Assembly: GCF_964213995.1 (NCBI RefSeq)
Contig: NC_135813.1
Coordinates: 2,170,001-2,234,000 of the forward strand
Length of the DNA: 64,000 bases
Origin: Mustelus asterias
Taxonomy: Eukaryota
Direction of reading: 5' to 3'
The position numbers and the translations under genes are program-made. The notes below the pieces were generated by a model. That model was not told the origin of the DNA. It made no database searches and saw nothing but the letters and a program-made list of their open reading frames with translations. Positions 26,341 to 37,553 of the stretch are shown in pieces; the stretch's first letter is position 1; each line of letters starts with the position of its first letter.

Positions 26341-28324
26341 AATAAAAAATTAAATAAAATAGAATGAAAACAAAGGGGCTGAGGTGGGGCAGAGCAAATC
26401 ATCTGAAGTTGTTGAATTCGATGTTGAGGCCGGAAGGCTGTAAAGTGCCGAGCCGGAAGATGAGATGCTGTTCCTCCAGTTTGTGTTGAGCTTCACTGGA
26501 ATGTTGCAGCAGGTCAAGGACAGACATGTGGGCATGGGAGCAGGATCGTGTGTTAAAATGGCAGCAACCGGAAGGTCAGGGTCCTGATTGCGCACAGACC
26601 AAAGGTGCTCAGCAAAGCGATCACCCAGTCTACGCTTGGTCTCTCCGACATAGAGGAGGCCACATTGGGAGCAGCGAATGCAATAGACCAAATTGGAAGG
26701 TGCAGGTGAAACACTGCTTAACCTGGAATGAGTGTTTTGGACCTTGGATGGTGAGCATGGAAGAGGTAAAGGGGCAGGTGTTACACCGTCTGTGATTGCA
26801 CGGGAAGGTGCCATGAGTGACGGGAGAGGTGTTGGGTGTAGTGGAGGAGGGGACTAGGTTATCCTGGAGGGAAAGGTCTCTGAGGAACGCTGACAGAGGG
26901 AGTGAAGGGAAGATGTGTTTGGTGGTGGCATCACGCTGGAGTTGGCGAAAATGGCGGAGGATTATACTTTGCATGTGGAGGCTGGTGGGGTGAAATGTGA
27001 GAACATCCTTGTTCTGGGAGGGAGTTGGGGGGGGTGGGTGAGGGTCGCGGCGCGGGAGGTGGACTGCACGCTGCTGAGAGCCTGTTGACAGCTGTAGGTG
27101 GGAATCCACGGTTGAGGGAAAAGGAGCACATATTAGAAGCACCACTTTGGACAGAGGTGAAGGAGCTGAAAGAAAGGGATGGAGTCCTTACAGGATGTGG
27201 GGTGCGAAGATCTGTAGTCCAGATAGCTGTGGGAGTCAGTGGACTTGTAATGGGTATTGGTAGATAGTCTATTGCCAGAAATGGAGACAGAATGGTCAAG
27301 GAAGGGAAGGGAAATGTCTGAGATGGACCAGGTAAAGGCGATGGAGGGGTGGAAACTGGAAGCGAAGTTGATGAATTTTTCGAGATCTGGACAAGAGCAT
27401 GAAGCAGCACCAAAATAGTCATCGATGTATCGGTGAAGGAGTTGTGGGAGGGGACCCGAGTAGGCCTGGAATAAGGAGTGTTCCACATACCCCATAAAAA
27501 GACAAGCGTGTCTAGGACCCCTACGGGTACCCATTGCTACTCCTTTGATTTGGAGAAAGTGGGATGAGTTAAAGGAGAAGTTGTTGAGAGATAGAACGAG
27601 TTCAGCCAGGCGGAGGAGAGTGGTGGTGGTTGGGAATTGTTCAGGCCTCTTTTCAAGAAAGAAGCGAAGATCTCTCAGGTCTGCCTGGTGTGGGATGGAG
27701 GTGCAGAGAGATTGCACATCCATGGTGAATAGGAAGCAGTTAGGGCCTGCGAACTGGAAACTGTCAATATTCCGCATGGTATCAGAGGAATCCCGGATGT
27801 AGGTGGGGAGGGAACAGCCTGCTGCAATGTTCCACTGAAGCTCAACGCAAACTGGAGGAACAGCATCTCATCTTCCAGCTGGACACTTTACAGCCTTCCG
27901 GTCTCAACATCGAATTCAATAACTTCAGATGATTCGCTCGACCCCACCTCTACCCCTTTGTTTTCATTCTATTTTATTTAATTTTTTATTGTTCTTGACC
28001 TTTTATTTCTTTATTGTCTTTCTTCATTTTTCTTCCCCCCCCCTTTCCCCCTACTTTATCTCCATTTTCCTTACCTTTTCTCCCCCTTTGCTTCCCCTTT
28101 CCCCCTTTTTCTAAATTTGACCTCTCTCCCACCCATTCCCCCCCCTCCCCCCACATCTTCATCTGTCACAGTTTACCCTCTGATTTTAGCATCTCTGCCA
28201 TTTCACACCTTCTATTCTCTCTATGGGCTGCCATTCGCAGCCTTTCCCCTGGTTTCTGAGGCTACGACTCATCTTTCAATCCCTCACCCTGCAGTATAAA
28301 TATCTCCCACTTTCTGTGCCTTTT

Positions 28325-28363
28325 AGCTTTGACAAAGGGTCACCTGGACTCGAAACGTCAGCT
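28325..28363 (+). ncRNA. minimal type I hammerhead ribozyme motif, U3-A8 variant
   Basis: AGCT-TTGACAA-A-GGGTC-ACCTG-GACTC-GAAA-CG-TC-AGCT; sense to MED22 pre-mRNA. Confidence 0.72.
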
Positions 28364-29226
28364 CTTTTCTCTCCTTACAGATGCTGCCAGACCCGCTGAG
28401 ATTTTCCAGCCTTTTCTCTTTTGGTGCAGCCGAATGAGTTATACGGAGCATTAGTGACACCACATCGGGAATAAGGATACAATTTTGGTTTCCTTATTTA
28501 AGGAAGGATGTAAATGCATTGGAAGCAGTTCAGTTTACCAGTCTGATACCTGGAATGGGCAGATTGTCTCATTGGAGAGGTTAAGTTGGTATCACCAGAG
28601 TTCAGAAGAGTACAACGTTTGATAAATAAAACAAAAATACATTAGATTACCTATTCACTCCACGATGCCAATCCCAGGTTTCTGCTCTTTCCCCAGGGCC
28701 ATGCAAATTTTTCCCCTTGAAGTATTTATTCAAATTGGTTTTGAAAGTTCCTGTTGAACCTGCTTCCACAGCCCTTTCAAGCAGCACCTTCCAGACCGTC
28801 AGAACTCACTAAAAATTAGCCAATTGCTTTAAACCTGTACCTTCTGGTTTCAGACCATCGTGTCACGGGAACAAATTTCTCCAGATTTACTCGATTTAAA
28901 TCCTTTCATCATTTTGAAACTCTACATTAAATCTCCGCTTAACCTCCACTGCTGTGAGGAGAATAATCACAGCTTCACAAATTTTTCCACAGATGTCGGA
29001 GTAGGAATTTGTTGGGTACTGGAGTAGGGGAGCAGATCAGCGATGATCTGAATGAATGGGGAACAGGATTGAAGAGTTGAACCTGTTGTTCATGTATCCA
29101 CCACCTTGGTTTTCTGGGCTACACCATGAACAAACAGAAACATCTGCGTTTGCGGATTAGTCAGAGATTTGATGCGAAGTTGTGAAGATGCTGGTCCTAA
29201 ATTTTCACCAGAATCTTGTTTTTCAG

Positions 29227-29307
29227 GTTGAAGATGAGACGCAGGTCTCCCGCGCAACTCAGTGTGAGCAAGATCACTATGAGATGCACGTTAGAGCAGC
29301 AAACATT
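29227..29307 (+). CDS. MED22: MED22 second coding exon
   Basis: VEDETQVSRATQCEQDHYEMHVRAANI, tttcag/gtaagt boundaries. Confidence 0.96.
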
Positions 29308-29374
29308 GTAAGTAGCAAGTGGGTCAAATATGCCCGATTCTTTCTTTCTTGTAGTTTTTAAAAAAACTAAATTC

Positions 29375-30785
29375 CACTGGGGTACAATTTCCCCACACAC
29401 TGACTCTCACTGGGGTACAGGTCCCACACACACTGACTCTCACTGGGGTACGGGTCCCACACACACTGACTCTCACTGGGGTACGGGTCCCACACACTGA
29501 CTCTCACTGGGGTACGGGTTCCACACACACTGACTCTCACTGGGGTACGGGTTCCACACACACTGACTCTCACTGGGGTACGGGTTCCACACACACTGAC
29601 TCTCACTGGGGTACGGGTCCCACACACACTGACTCTCACTGGGGTACGGGTCCCACACACACTGACTCTCACTGGGGTACGGGTCCCACACACACTGACT
29701 CTCATTGGGGTACAGGTCCCACACACACTGACTCTCACTGGGGTGCGGGTCCCACACACACTGACTCTCACTAGGGTACGGGTCCCACACACACTGACTC
29801 TCACTGGGGGTACAGATCTCACACACGCTGACCCTCACTGGGGTATGGATTCCACACACACTGACTCTCACTGGGGTACGGGTCTCACACATACTGACTC
29901 TCACTGGGTTACGGGATCCACACATACGGACTCTCACTGGGGTACGGGTTCCACACACACTGACTCTCACTGGGGTACGGGTTCCACACACACTGACTCT
30001 CACTGGGGTACGGGTCCCACACACACTGACTCTCACTGGGGTACGGGTCCCACACACACTGACTCTCACTGGGGTACGGGTTCCACACACATTGACTCTC
30101 ACTGGGGTACGGGTCCCACACACACTGACTCTCACTGGGGTACGGGTCCCACACACACTGACTCTCACTGAGGGACGGGTCCCACACACACTGACTCTCA
30201 CTGGGGTACAGGTCCCACACACACTGACTCTCACTGGGGTGCGGGTCCCACACACACTGACTCTCACTAGGGTACGGGTCCCACACACACTGACTCTCAC
30301 TGGGGGTACAGATCTCACACACGCTGACCCTCACTGGGGTATGGATTCCACACACACTGACTCTCACTGGGGTACGGGTCTCACACATACTGACTCTCAC
30401 TGGGTTACGGGATCCACACATACGGACTCTCACTGGGGTACGGGTTCCACACACACTGACTCTCACTGGGGTACGGGTTCCACACACACTGACTCTCACT
30501 GGGGTACGGGTCCCACACACACTGACTCTCACTGGGGTACGGGTCCCACACACACTGACTCTCACTGGGGTACGGGTTCCACACACATTGACTCTCACTG
30601 GGGTACGGGTCCCACACACACTGACTCTCACTGGGGTACGGGTCCCACACACACTGACTCTCACTGAGGGACGGGTCCCACACACACTGACTCTCACTGG
30701 GGTACGTGTTCCACACACACTGACTCTCACTGGGAGACGGGTCCCACACACTGACTCTCACTGGGGGACGGGTCCCACACACACT
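29375..30785 (+). repeat. 33-bp minisatellite B (CACACACACTGACTCTCACTGGGGTACGGGTCC), ~43 copies, with 496-bp higher-order duplication
   Basis: Directly visible tandem array. Confidence 0.96.
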
Positions 30786-31339
30786 GGCTGTCTCTGTGTT
30801 AAATTTGTTGCTTGTTCACTGTGCTAAGGAGGAATCTGGAGCCCATCTGTCTTTAACATTGGTTTATTCACATAATTCGGAGAACGCAGGCACAATCTCG
30901 TTTTCCTTTCCCCAGTTAGTAATTCTCACGTATAACTGGAGCGTATGCTTCATTGTCAGAGGATTGTAACATTAACATCCTGTATCTTTCCAACTGATTT
31001 TATTCACTCCACCATTCGCGGCTGTGTGTTCAGGTCCCTGGGCCCTAAACTCTGGAATGTCCTCCCTGAGCCATGCTACTTCTCTGCCTCTGTCTCTTCC
31101 TTTTAGACCTAAAGCTATCACTTGGACCAAGTTCTAATGTATGAAATTTTGTCTGCTTTACTGAGCAGTGAAGCACCTTGGGATGTTTTACGACAGGAGC
31201 GGCGCTATATAAGTTCAAGTTCTAATGATGAGTGGCAGCCGGCTATTCGAACATGGAGGGAATCACCTGATGCTGTGTGACCTGCTGTCCACATGTGGCA
31301 ATTTCTGGCTGGAATGAAAGTGAACGGTCAGAGCTGGGG

Positions 31340-31535
31340 CAGAAACAGAAAATGCTGCAAATTCTTGGCAGGTCTGACAGCATCTGTGAAAAGAGAACAG
31401 AGCTCATGTTTCGAGTCTGGGTGACCCTTCATCAGAGTCATCCCGACTTGATACGTTAGCTCAGTTCACTGCTTGAGATTTTCCAGCATTTTCTGTTTTC
31501 GTTTCAGATTCCAGCATCCGCAGTATTTTGCTTTC
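31340..31535. mobile_element. Penelope-type inverted terminal-repeat pair with hammerhead core (minus, 31401-31437)
   Basis: CTGATGA-A-GGGTC-ACCCA-GACTC-GAAA-CA-TG-AGCT; flanking arms are reverse complements. Confidence 0.7.
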
Positions 31536-31604
31536 AGTCAGAATTGGGGGTCTCGGGCTGATTTCCCCCTCCCTGAGCGGGGATGCTGAGGCCAATGAGA
31601 GATC

Positions 31605-32088
31605 GCTGGCCTTGGAAAGGGTCCAGGGGAGGTTCACAAGAATGATTCCTGGAATGAAGAGCTTGTATGAGGAACGGTTGAGGACTCTGGCTCTGTACTC
31701 GTTGGAGTTTGGAATGATGAGGGGGGATCTTATTGAAACTTACAGGATACTGTGAGGCGTGGGTAGAGTGGACGTGGAGTAGGAAAACCTAGAACCAGAG
31801 GGCACAACCTCAGGCTAAAGGGATGATCCTTTGTAACAGAGATGAGGAGGAATTTCTTCAGCCAGAGAGTGGTGAATCTGTGGAACTCTTTGCCGCAGAA
31901 GGCTGTGGAGGCCAGGTCATTGAGTGTCTTTAAGACAGAGATAGATAGGTTCTTGATTAATAAGGGGATCAGGAGTTATGGAGAAAAGGCAGGAGAATGG
32001 GGATGAGAAAAACATCAGCCGTGATTGAATGGCGGAGCAGACTCGATGGGCCGAGTGGCCTAATTCTGCTCCTATGTCTTATGGTCTT
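31605..32088 (+). mobile_element. CR1 LINE 3' fragment
   Basis: ALERVQGRFTRMIPG..., same subfamily as 7311-7975. Confidence 0.88.
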
Positions 32089-33275
32089 ATCGCGAGCTGG
32101 GACCAAAACAGCTGCATTCCTGAGTACTGTAAACCGTATGTCTGTATCACAGTGGAAGTTTGAAATGGGGGTTATTGGGCCTGCGGGGGGGAATGGGGGG
32201 GTGTATCAGTAATTATAAAATTGTTCCTTTCCCCTCTGGGATTCTGTTCGCCAGTTCTCTGTTGTGCATTATTTTGTGAATTTATAGAAGTTGTGTGAAG
32301 GCGGTGGCTCTCGATAATCAACAGCAGACAAGATGACAGCATCTTATTAATATCTGTAAAACATGCAACACATTACATCTGTCTGCAATTTAATTAACAG
32401 ATTCCAGGTTACCATTTAAAATGGAATGTTTCTATGTAAACTTGTCATACTGAAGTTACCCCAGTGTGAGTTTTCACACACAGGTGAATGAAAATCTGGA
32501 AATCTCCCCCTCGTTAAGCTGTTGAGGCTGGGGATTGATTTGAAATTTCAAAACTGAGCTGAATAAATCTTTGGGTTTAATGGAGTTAAGGTACAGATCT
32601 GCCTGGATTTAATTGAATTGTAGAGCAGGCTTGAGGGGCTGAATGGCCTCGTCCTGTTATGTGTGACTAAAAGGAGGAATAATTTCATCCTGGTCTAATC
32701 ATCCCTCTTCCTCTAACTCGCTTAACCGCACAACTTTACTGAGTCCAGACTCCCATGGGGTTAAAATTAATTTCCGGCACGCTCACAGAGGGAATGACAT
32801 CAGCTGCCCATTATGCACAAGGTCTGATATTCAGTTCCATTGCAGGCCGCGGAATTAAATAACAGGCACTGAGCACAACAGATGGTTTATCTTAAACAAC
32901 CTGTGACAGCAACTCGGACAACCTCCTGATTCCTCCACCATCCACTGTAGCACCGAGAGATCATCGAGTAAATACGTCATTGTTTACATCTGGCTAATTA
33001 CACATCATCGCAACTCACTGAGGAAAAGAAAATTGCTGATTACCTTCAACCTCTGTCCTCCCTCTGATTAGCAACCCCCCTCCTGCCACTGGGAACAGTT
33101 TCTCCTTGCACACTAAGTACATTTCATAATTTTAATCGCCCTCATTTGTGTCAACTGTCAGTGGATAACATTCTCGATCCTAAGGCAGAAGTTTGTGGGT
33201 TTGAGTTCCATTCCAGAGTCTAGAACATAAAAGCAGGCAATCACTTCCAGTGCACTACTGAGGGAGCGCTGCGGA

Positions 33276-34720
33276 ACTGGAAACAAATCTGTGGCACAGA
33301 ATTAATCTCCACTTGGAGAGCAAGGATTAACCAGGGGTAGTCAGCATGGCTTTATGGCGGGGGGGGTCATGTCTAACAAATTTGGGTGAATTTTTCGAGG
33401 AGGTGATTAGATGTCTAGATGGGGGTAGTGCAGTTGATGTCATCTACACGGACTTCAGTAAGGCTCTTGACAAGTCCCACATAGGAGACTGAGACTGACC
33501 AAGAAGGTAAGAGCCCATGGGAGCCAGGGCAAAATGAATCCAAAATTGGCTTAATGGCAGGAGGCAGAGAGTGATGTAGAAGGTTGTTTTTGTCACCGGA
33601 AGCCTGTGTCCAGTGGTGTTCCACAGGGATCAGTGCTGGTCCCTTGCTGTTTGTAGATCTAGATGTGAAAGTAAGAGGGATGATCAGTAAGTTCGCAGAT
33701 AGCACAAAAATTGGTGTTATGGTAAATAGCGAGGAGGAAAGCCTTAGATTCCAGGATGTTAGAAATCATAGAAACCCTACAGTGCAGAAGGAGGCCATTC
33801 GGCCCATCGAGTCTGCACCGACCACAATCCCACCCAGGCCCGACCCCACATATTTTACCCGCTAATCCCTCTAACCTACGCATCCCAGGACTCTAAGGGG
33901 CAATTTTTTTAACCTGGCCAATCAACCTAACCCACACATCTTTGGACTGTGGGAGGAAACCGGAGCACCCGGAGGAAACCCACGCAGACACGAGGAGAAT
34001 GTGCAAACTCCACACAGACAGTGACCCGAGCCGGGAATCGAACCCGGGACCCTGGAGCTGTGAAGCAGCAGTGCTAACCACTGTGCTACCGTGCCGCCCC
34101 ATCTAGACATCTAGACGGGCTGGTCAGATGGGCAGAACCGTGACATGGAATTTAACCCTGAAAAGTGAGGTAATGCATTTTGGGAGGATTAACAAGGCAA
34201 AGGAAATACACAATGAATGGTAGGACACTCAGAAATACAAAGGATCAGAGGGACCTTGGGGTGCATGTCCATCGATCCCTGAAGGCAGCAGGACAGGTAG
34301 ACAAGGTGGTTAAGAGGGAGTACGGGATACTTGCCTTCATTAGTTGAGGCATGGAATATAAGAGCAGGGAGGTTATGATGGAGCTGCATTTAACGCTGGT
34401 GAGGCCACAGCTAGAGCACTGTGTGCAGTTCCTGTCGCCACACTATCGGAAGGATGTGATTGCACTAGAAAGGGTGCAGAGGAGATTCACCAGGCTGTTG
34501 CCTGGGCTGGAGAGTTTCAGCTATGAAGAGAGGCTGGATAGGCTGGGATTATTTTCCTTAGAGCAGAGAAGGCTGAGGGGAGACCTGATTGAGGGGACAG
34601 AAAGGGTAGATAGGAAGGAACTTTTCCTCTTAAGGGAGGGATCAGTAAGTTAAGGCAAGGGGCAGAGGATTTAGAGGGGATTTGGGGAAAAATGTTTTCA
34701 CCCAGAGAGTGGTGAAGCAC
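33276..34720 (+). mobile_element. degenerate CR1 RT fragment containing a minus-strand HE1-like V-SINE (33760-34100)
   Basis: [27 protein letters not shown]; SINE head and V-domain clearly visible. Confidence 0.85.
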
Positions 34721-34744
34721 TGCCCGAGGTCAGTACAGACAAAC

Positions 34745-35000
34745 ACTGCACTGTCACAGAGTTGGTACTGAGGAGTGCCGCACTGTCAGAGGGTCAGTAC
34801 TGAGGAGTGCCGCACTGTCAGAGGGTCAGTACTGAGGAGTGCCGCACTGTCAGAATGTCAGTGCTGAGGGAGTGCCGCACTGTCAGAATGTCAGTGCTGA
34901 GGGAGTGCCGCACTGTCAGAGGGTCAGTACTGAGGGAGTGCCGCACTGTCAGAGGGTCAGTACTGAGGGAGTGCCGCACTGTCAGAGGGTCAGTACTGAG
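34745..35000 (+). repeat. minisatellite A, ~8 copies, followed by DeuSINE-like body to ~35270
   Basis: Same unit as 9845-11056. Confidence 0.9.
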
Positions 35001-35476
35001 GTGTACCTTCTGCCACTCAGTTGGATGTAACAGAACTCAGTCACTTTTTGGGAGAGGAGAAGGAAGTTCTCCCTGATATCCTGCGGACAATTATTATTCC
35101 CAGTATCCTGCGGCAGGATTTACACCTCAGCCAACATTGCTAAAAACAGCTGAGCTGGGCATTATCACATCGCTGTTTGTGGGATCTTGCTGTGTGCAAA
35201 TTGACTTGATTCTTACTTTCCAGCAATAACTATGTTTCACTCACTGTGAGGTTTTGAATGGTGCTGTATATAAGACTTTTCAATGTCCTCTTAACCTTCT
35301 CTACTCGGAGGAGAACAGTTCTATTTTCTCCTGCCTCTCCACTCATTTCTAGCAGAGTTGTGTTGGGTCAGGGTGGTGAGACCACGGGGCAAAAACAGTG
35401 AATGGAGTTGAGATGCAGATCAGCCACGGTCTAATTCATGGTTTGGGCTCTTGTTCCTCTGCTGCGCTGCTGTTAG

Positions 35477-35695
35477 GTGCGAGCCGGGGAGTCACTGATG
35501 AAGCTGGTATCAGACCTGAAGCAGTTCCTGATCCTCAATGACTTTCCCTCTGTGAATGAAGCCATTAACCAGCGGAAGCAGCAGCTCCGAAACCTGCAGG
35601 AAGAATGTGACAAAAAGCTGATCACCCTGAGAGACGAGATCGCAGTCGATCTGTACGAACTGGAAGAAGAATATTACTCCTCCAGGTACAAATAG
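35477..35695 (+). CDS. MED22: MED22 third coding exon (terminal for 140-aa short isoform; internal donor after 35685 for long isoform)
   Basis: [30 protein letters not shown]...[15 protein letters not shown]-stop. Confidence 0.97.
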   Translation: MRAGESLMKLVSDLKQFLILNDFPSVNEAINQRKQQLRNLQEECDKKLITLRDEIAVDLYELEEEYYSSRYK

Positions 35696-35809
35696 CCCGG
35701 AACAGGCCCAGCACAGCATCCAGAATGTTCTGTGAGCATCCACAACAGGGCTCCCACTATCACTGACATACTCCACAGTGCAAGTCAGGCTCACCTACTC
35801 GCACCGTAA

Positions 35810-36830
35810 CACCCTCATAATCCCCCCCCCCCCCTCGCCGTGACGCCCTGCCAGCCCCCCCCCCGGCCATGGCGCCCTGCCAGCACCCCCCCCCCCCCCC
35901 CCCACCGTGACGCCCTGCCAGCCCCCCCCCCCCCACCGCCGTGACGCCCTGCCAGCCCCCCCCCCCCCCACCGCCGTGACGCCCTGCCAGCCCCCTCCGC
36001 CACAACGCCCTCATAACCCCCCACCGCCATGACGCCCTGCCAGCCCCCTCCCGCCGTGACGCCCTGCCAGCCCCCTCCCGCCGTGACGCCCTGCCAGCCC
36101 CCTCCGCCACGACGCCTTCATAACCCCCCCCCCCCTCCGCCATGACGCTCTGCCAGACCCCCCCCCGCCGTGATGCCTGCCAGACCCCCCCCTGCCATGA
36201 CGCCCTGCCAGCCCCCCCTCCGCCATGACGCTCTGCCAGCCCCCCCCCCCCGCCGTGATGCCTGCCAGACCCCCCCCCCTGCCATGACGCCCTGCCAGCC
36301 CCCCCTCCGCCATGACGCCCTGCCAGTCCCCCCTCCGCCATGACGCTCTGCCAGCCACCACCCAGTGATGCCCTGTCAGCCCCCCCCCCCACCGCCGTGA
36401 CACCTGCCAGCCCTCCCCGCCATGACGCCCTGCCAGCCCTCACCCCAGCCGTGACGCCCTGCCAGCCCCCCCCACCGCCATGACGCCCTGCCAGCCCCCC
36501 CCCACCGCCGTGACGCCCTGCCAGCCCCCCCCCCACCGCCATGACGCCCTGCCAGCCCCCCCCACCGCCGTGATGCCCTGCCAGCCCCCCCCACCGCCAT
36601 GACGCCCTGCCAGCCCCCCCCCCACCGCCATGACGCCCTGCCAGCCCCCCCACCGCCGTGACGCCCTGCCAGCCTCCCCCCCCCGCCCTGCCAGCCCCCT
36701 CCCCGCCGTGATGCCCTGCCAGCCCCCTCCCCCCCTCCCCGCCGTGACGCCCTGCCAGCCCCCTCCCCGCCGTGACGCCCTGCCAGCCCCCTCCGCCGCG
36801 ACGCCCTCGCGAACCCCGCCCCCCCGCCAT
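35810..36830 (+). repeat. C-rich minisatellite (CCGCCRTGACGCCCTGCCAG-Cn), ~27-33-bp unit
   Basis: Directly visible; variable poly-C runs. Confidence 0.93.
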
Positions 36831-37363
36831 GACATCTGTGCATACTTTGTGGTAAATGTGGATTTCTTTGAGGAGGGGATATCTTGATATTTACGATCTT
36901 GCTGATGTTATTCCTCATGCTCCTAACTGCCACCCACGAGAAATGCAAGTGTTTTTGTTTTCACTGTGATGTGTCTTGACTTTTGGTTCTAGTTGAGACT
37001 GTTTGGCCACACTCCATATCGCATCTTCCTCCATTGAGGGCAGTCCTGGTCTAACATCGTGGGGGAGTGGGGGTGTGGGTGTGTATTCATTCTTATCCTC
37101 AACTTAACAAATTCCTGATGCGTTAAACCATTTTGAGTGACCTTAAGGATTCTTCCCTCCCATCCCTGTTGCAGTTTTCTGTGTTGAATCCACAGTGAAA
37201 CCCCCAGCATGCAAACAGACCACAGAAAGGCTGCTTTATTCAAAAACAACAACCCCACACAAAGATGCTGACCAGACGGTGAATCTTTGTGTTTTCTGGC
37301 AATGTCGAGCTAAAACATTCCTAAGTGCAATTCTGAAGAAGTCCCCATGTTGCAGCAGCTGTT

Positions 37364-37553
37364 TTCTTTTTTAAATTCAATCCAATCCAATTCAAAGTCT
37401 CAACAAGTGAGACATTCCAGATCCCAGCTGACAAGACAGGCAAGCCTCTTCCTGTCTTGGGCTTGATCTACATGATCCAAGCTGTTAGGAGCAGGCATTG
37501 CACCCCCTCCAGTGATTGATCTTATTTGCATCTTAGCCAAATGGCCGAGATGC
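37364..37553 (-). mobile_element. candidate U2-snRNA-headed SINE
   Basis: Head GCATCTCGGCCATTTGGCTAAGAT (22/24 to U2 nt 4-27), unique body, A-rich tail, flanking direct repeat GCAGCTGTT. Confidence 0.6.

Larger units (their letters stand above)
25133..28424 (-). mobile_element. Penelope-like retroelement (RT + GIY-YIG endonuclease, frameshifted) with inverted terminal repeat copy
   Basis: RT motifs TMDVQSLCTSIPH, QIKGVAMGT, RYIDD (27133-27777); GIY-YIG NLVYCIRCSQCGLLYVGETKRRLGDRFAEH (~26560-26700); 3' repeat 25133-25597 and inverted copy 27815-28424; interrupted by CR1. Confidence 0.9.

Noticed and set aside
31224-31270. AATGATGA...CTGA in a MED22 intron
   Set aside because: Too short, no stem, no guide recognised
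35760-36948. Gly-rich ORFs
   Set aside because: Translation of a G-rich minisatellite strand
37530-37553. Functional U2 snRNA gene
   Set aside because: Similarity stops before the branch-point recognition sequence and no Sm site follows
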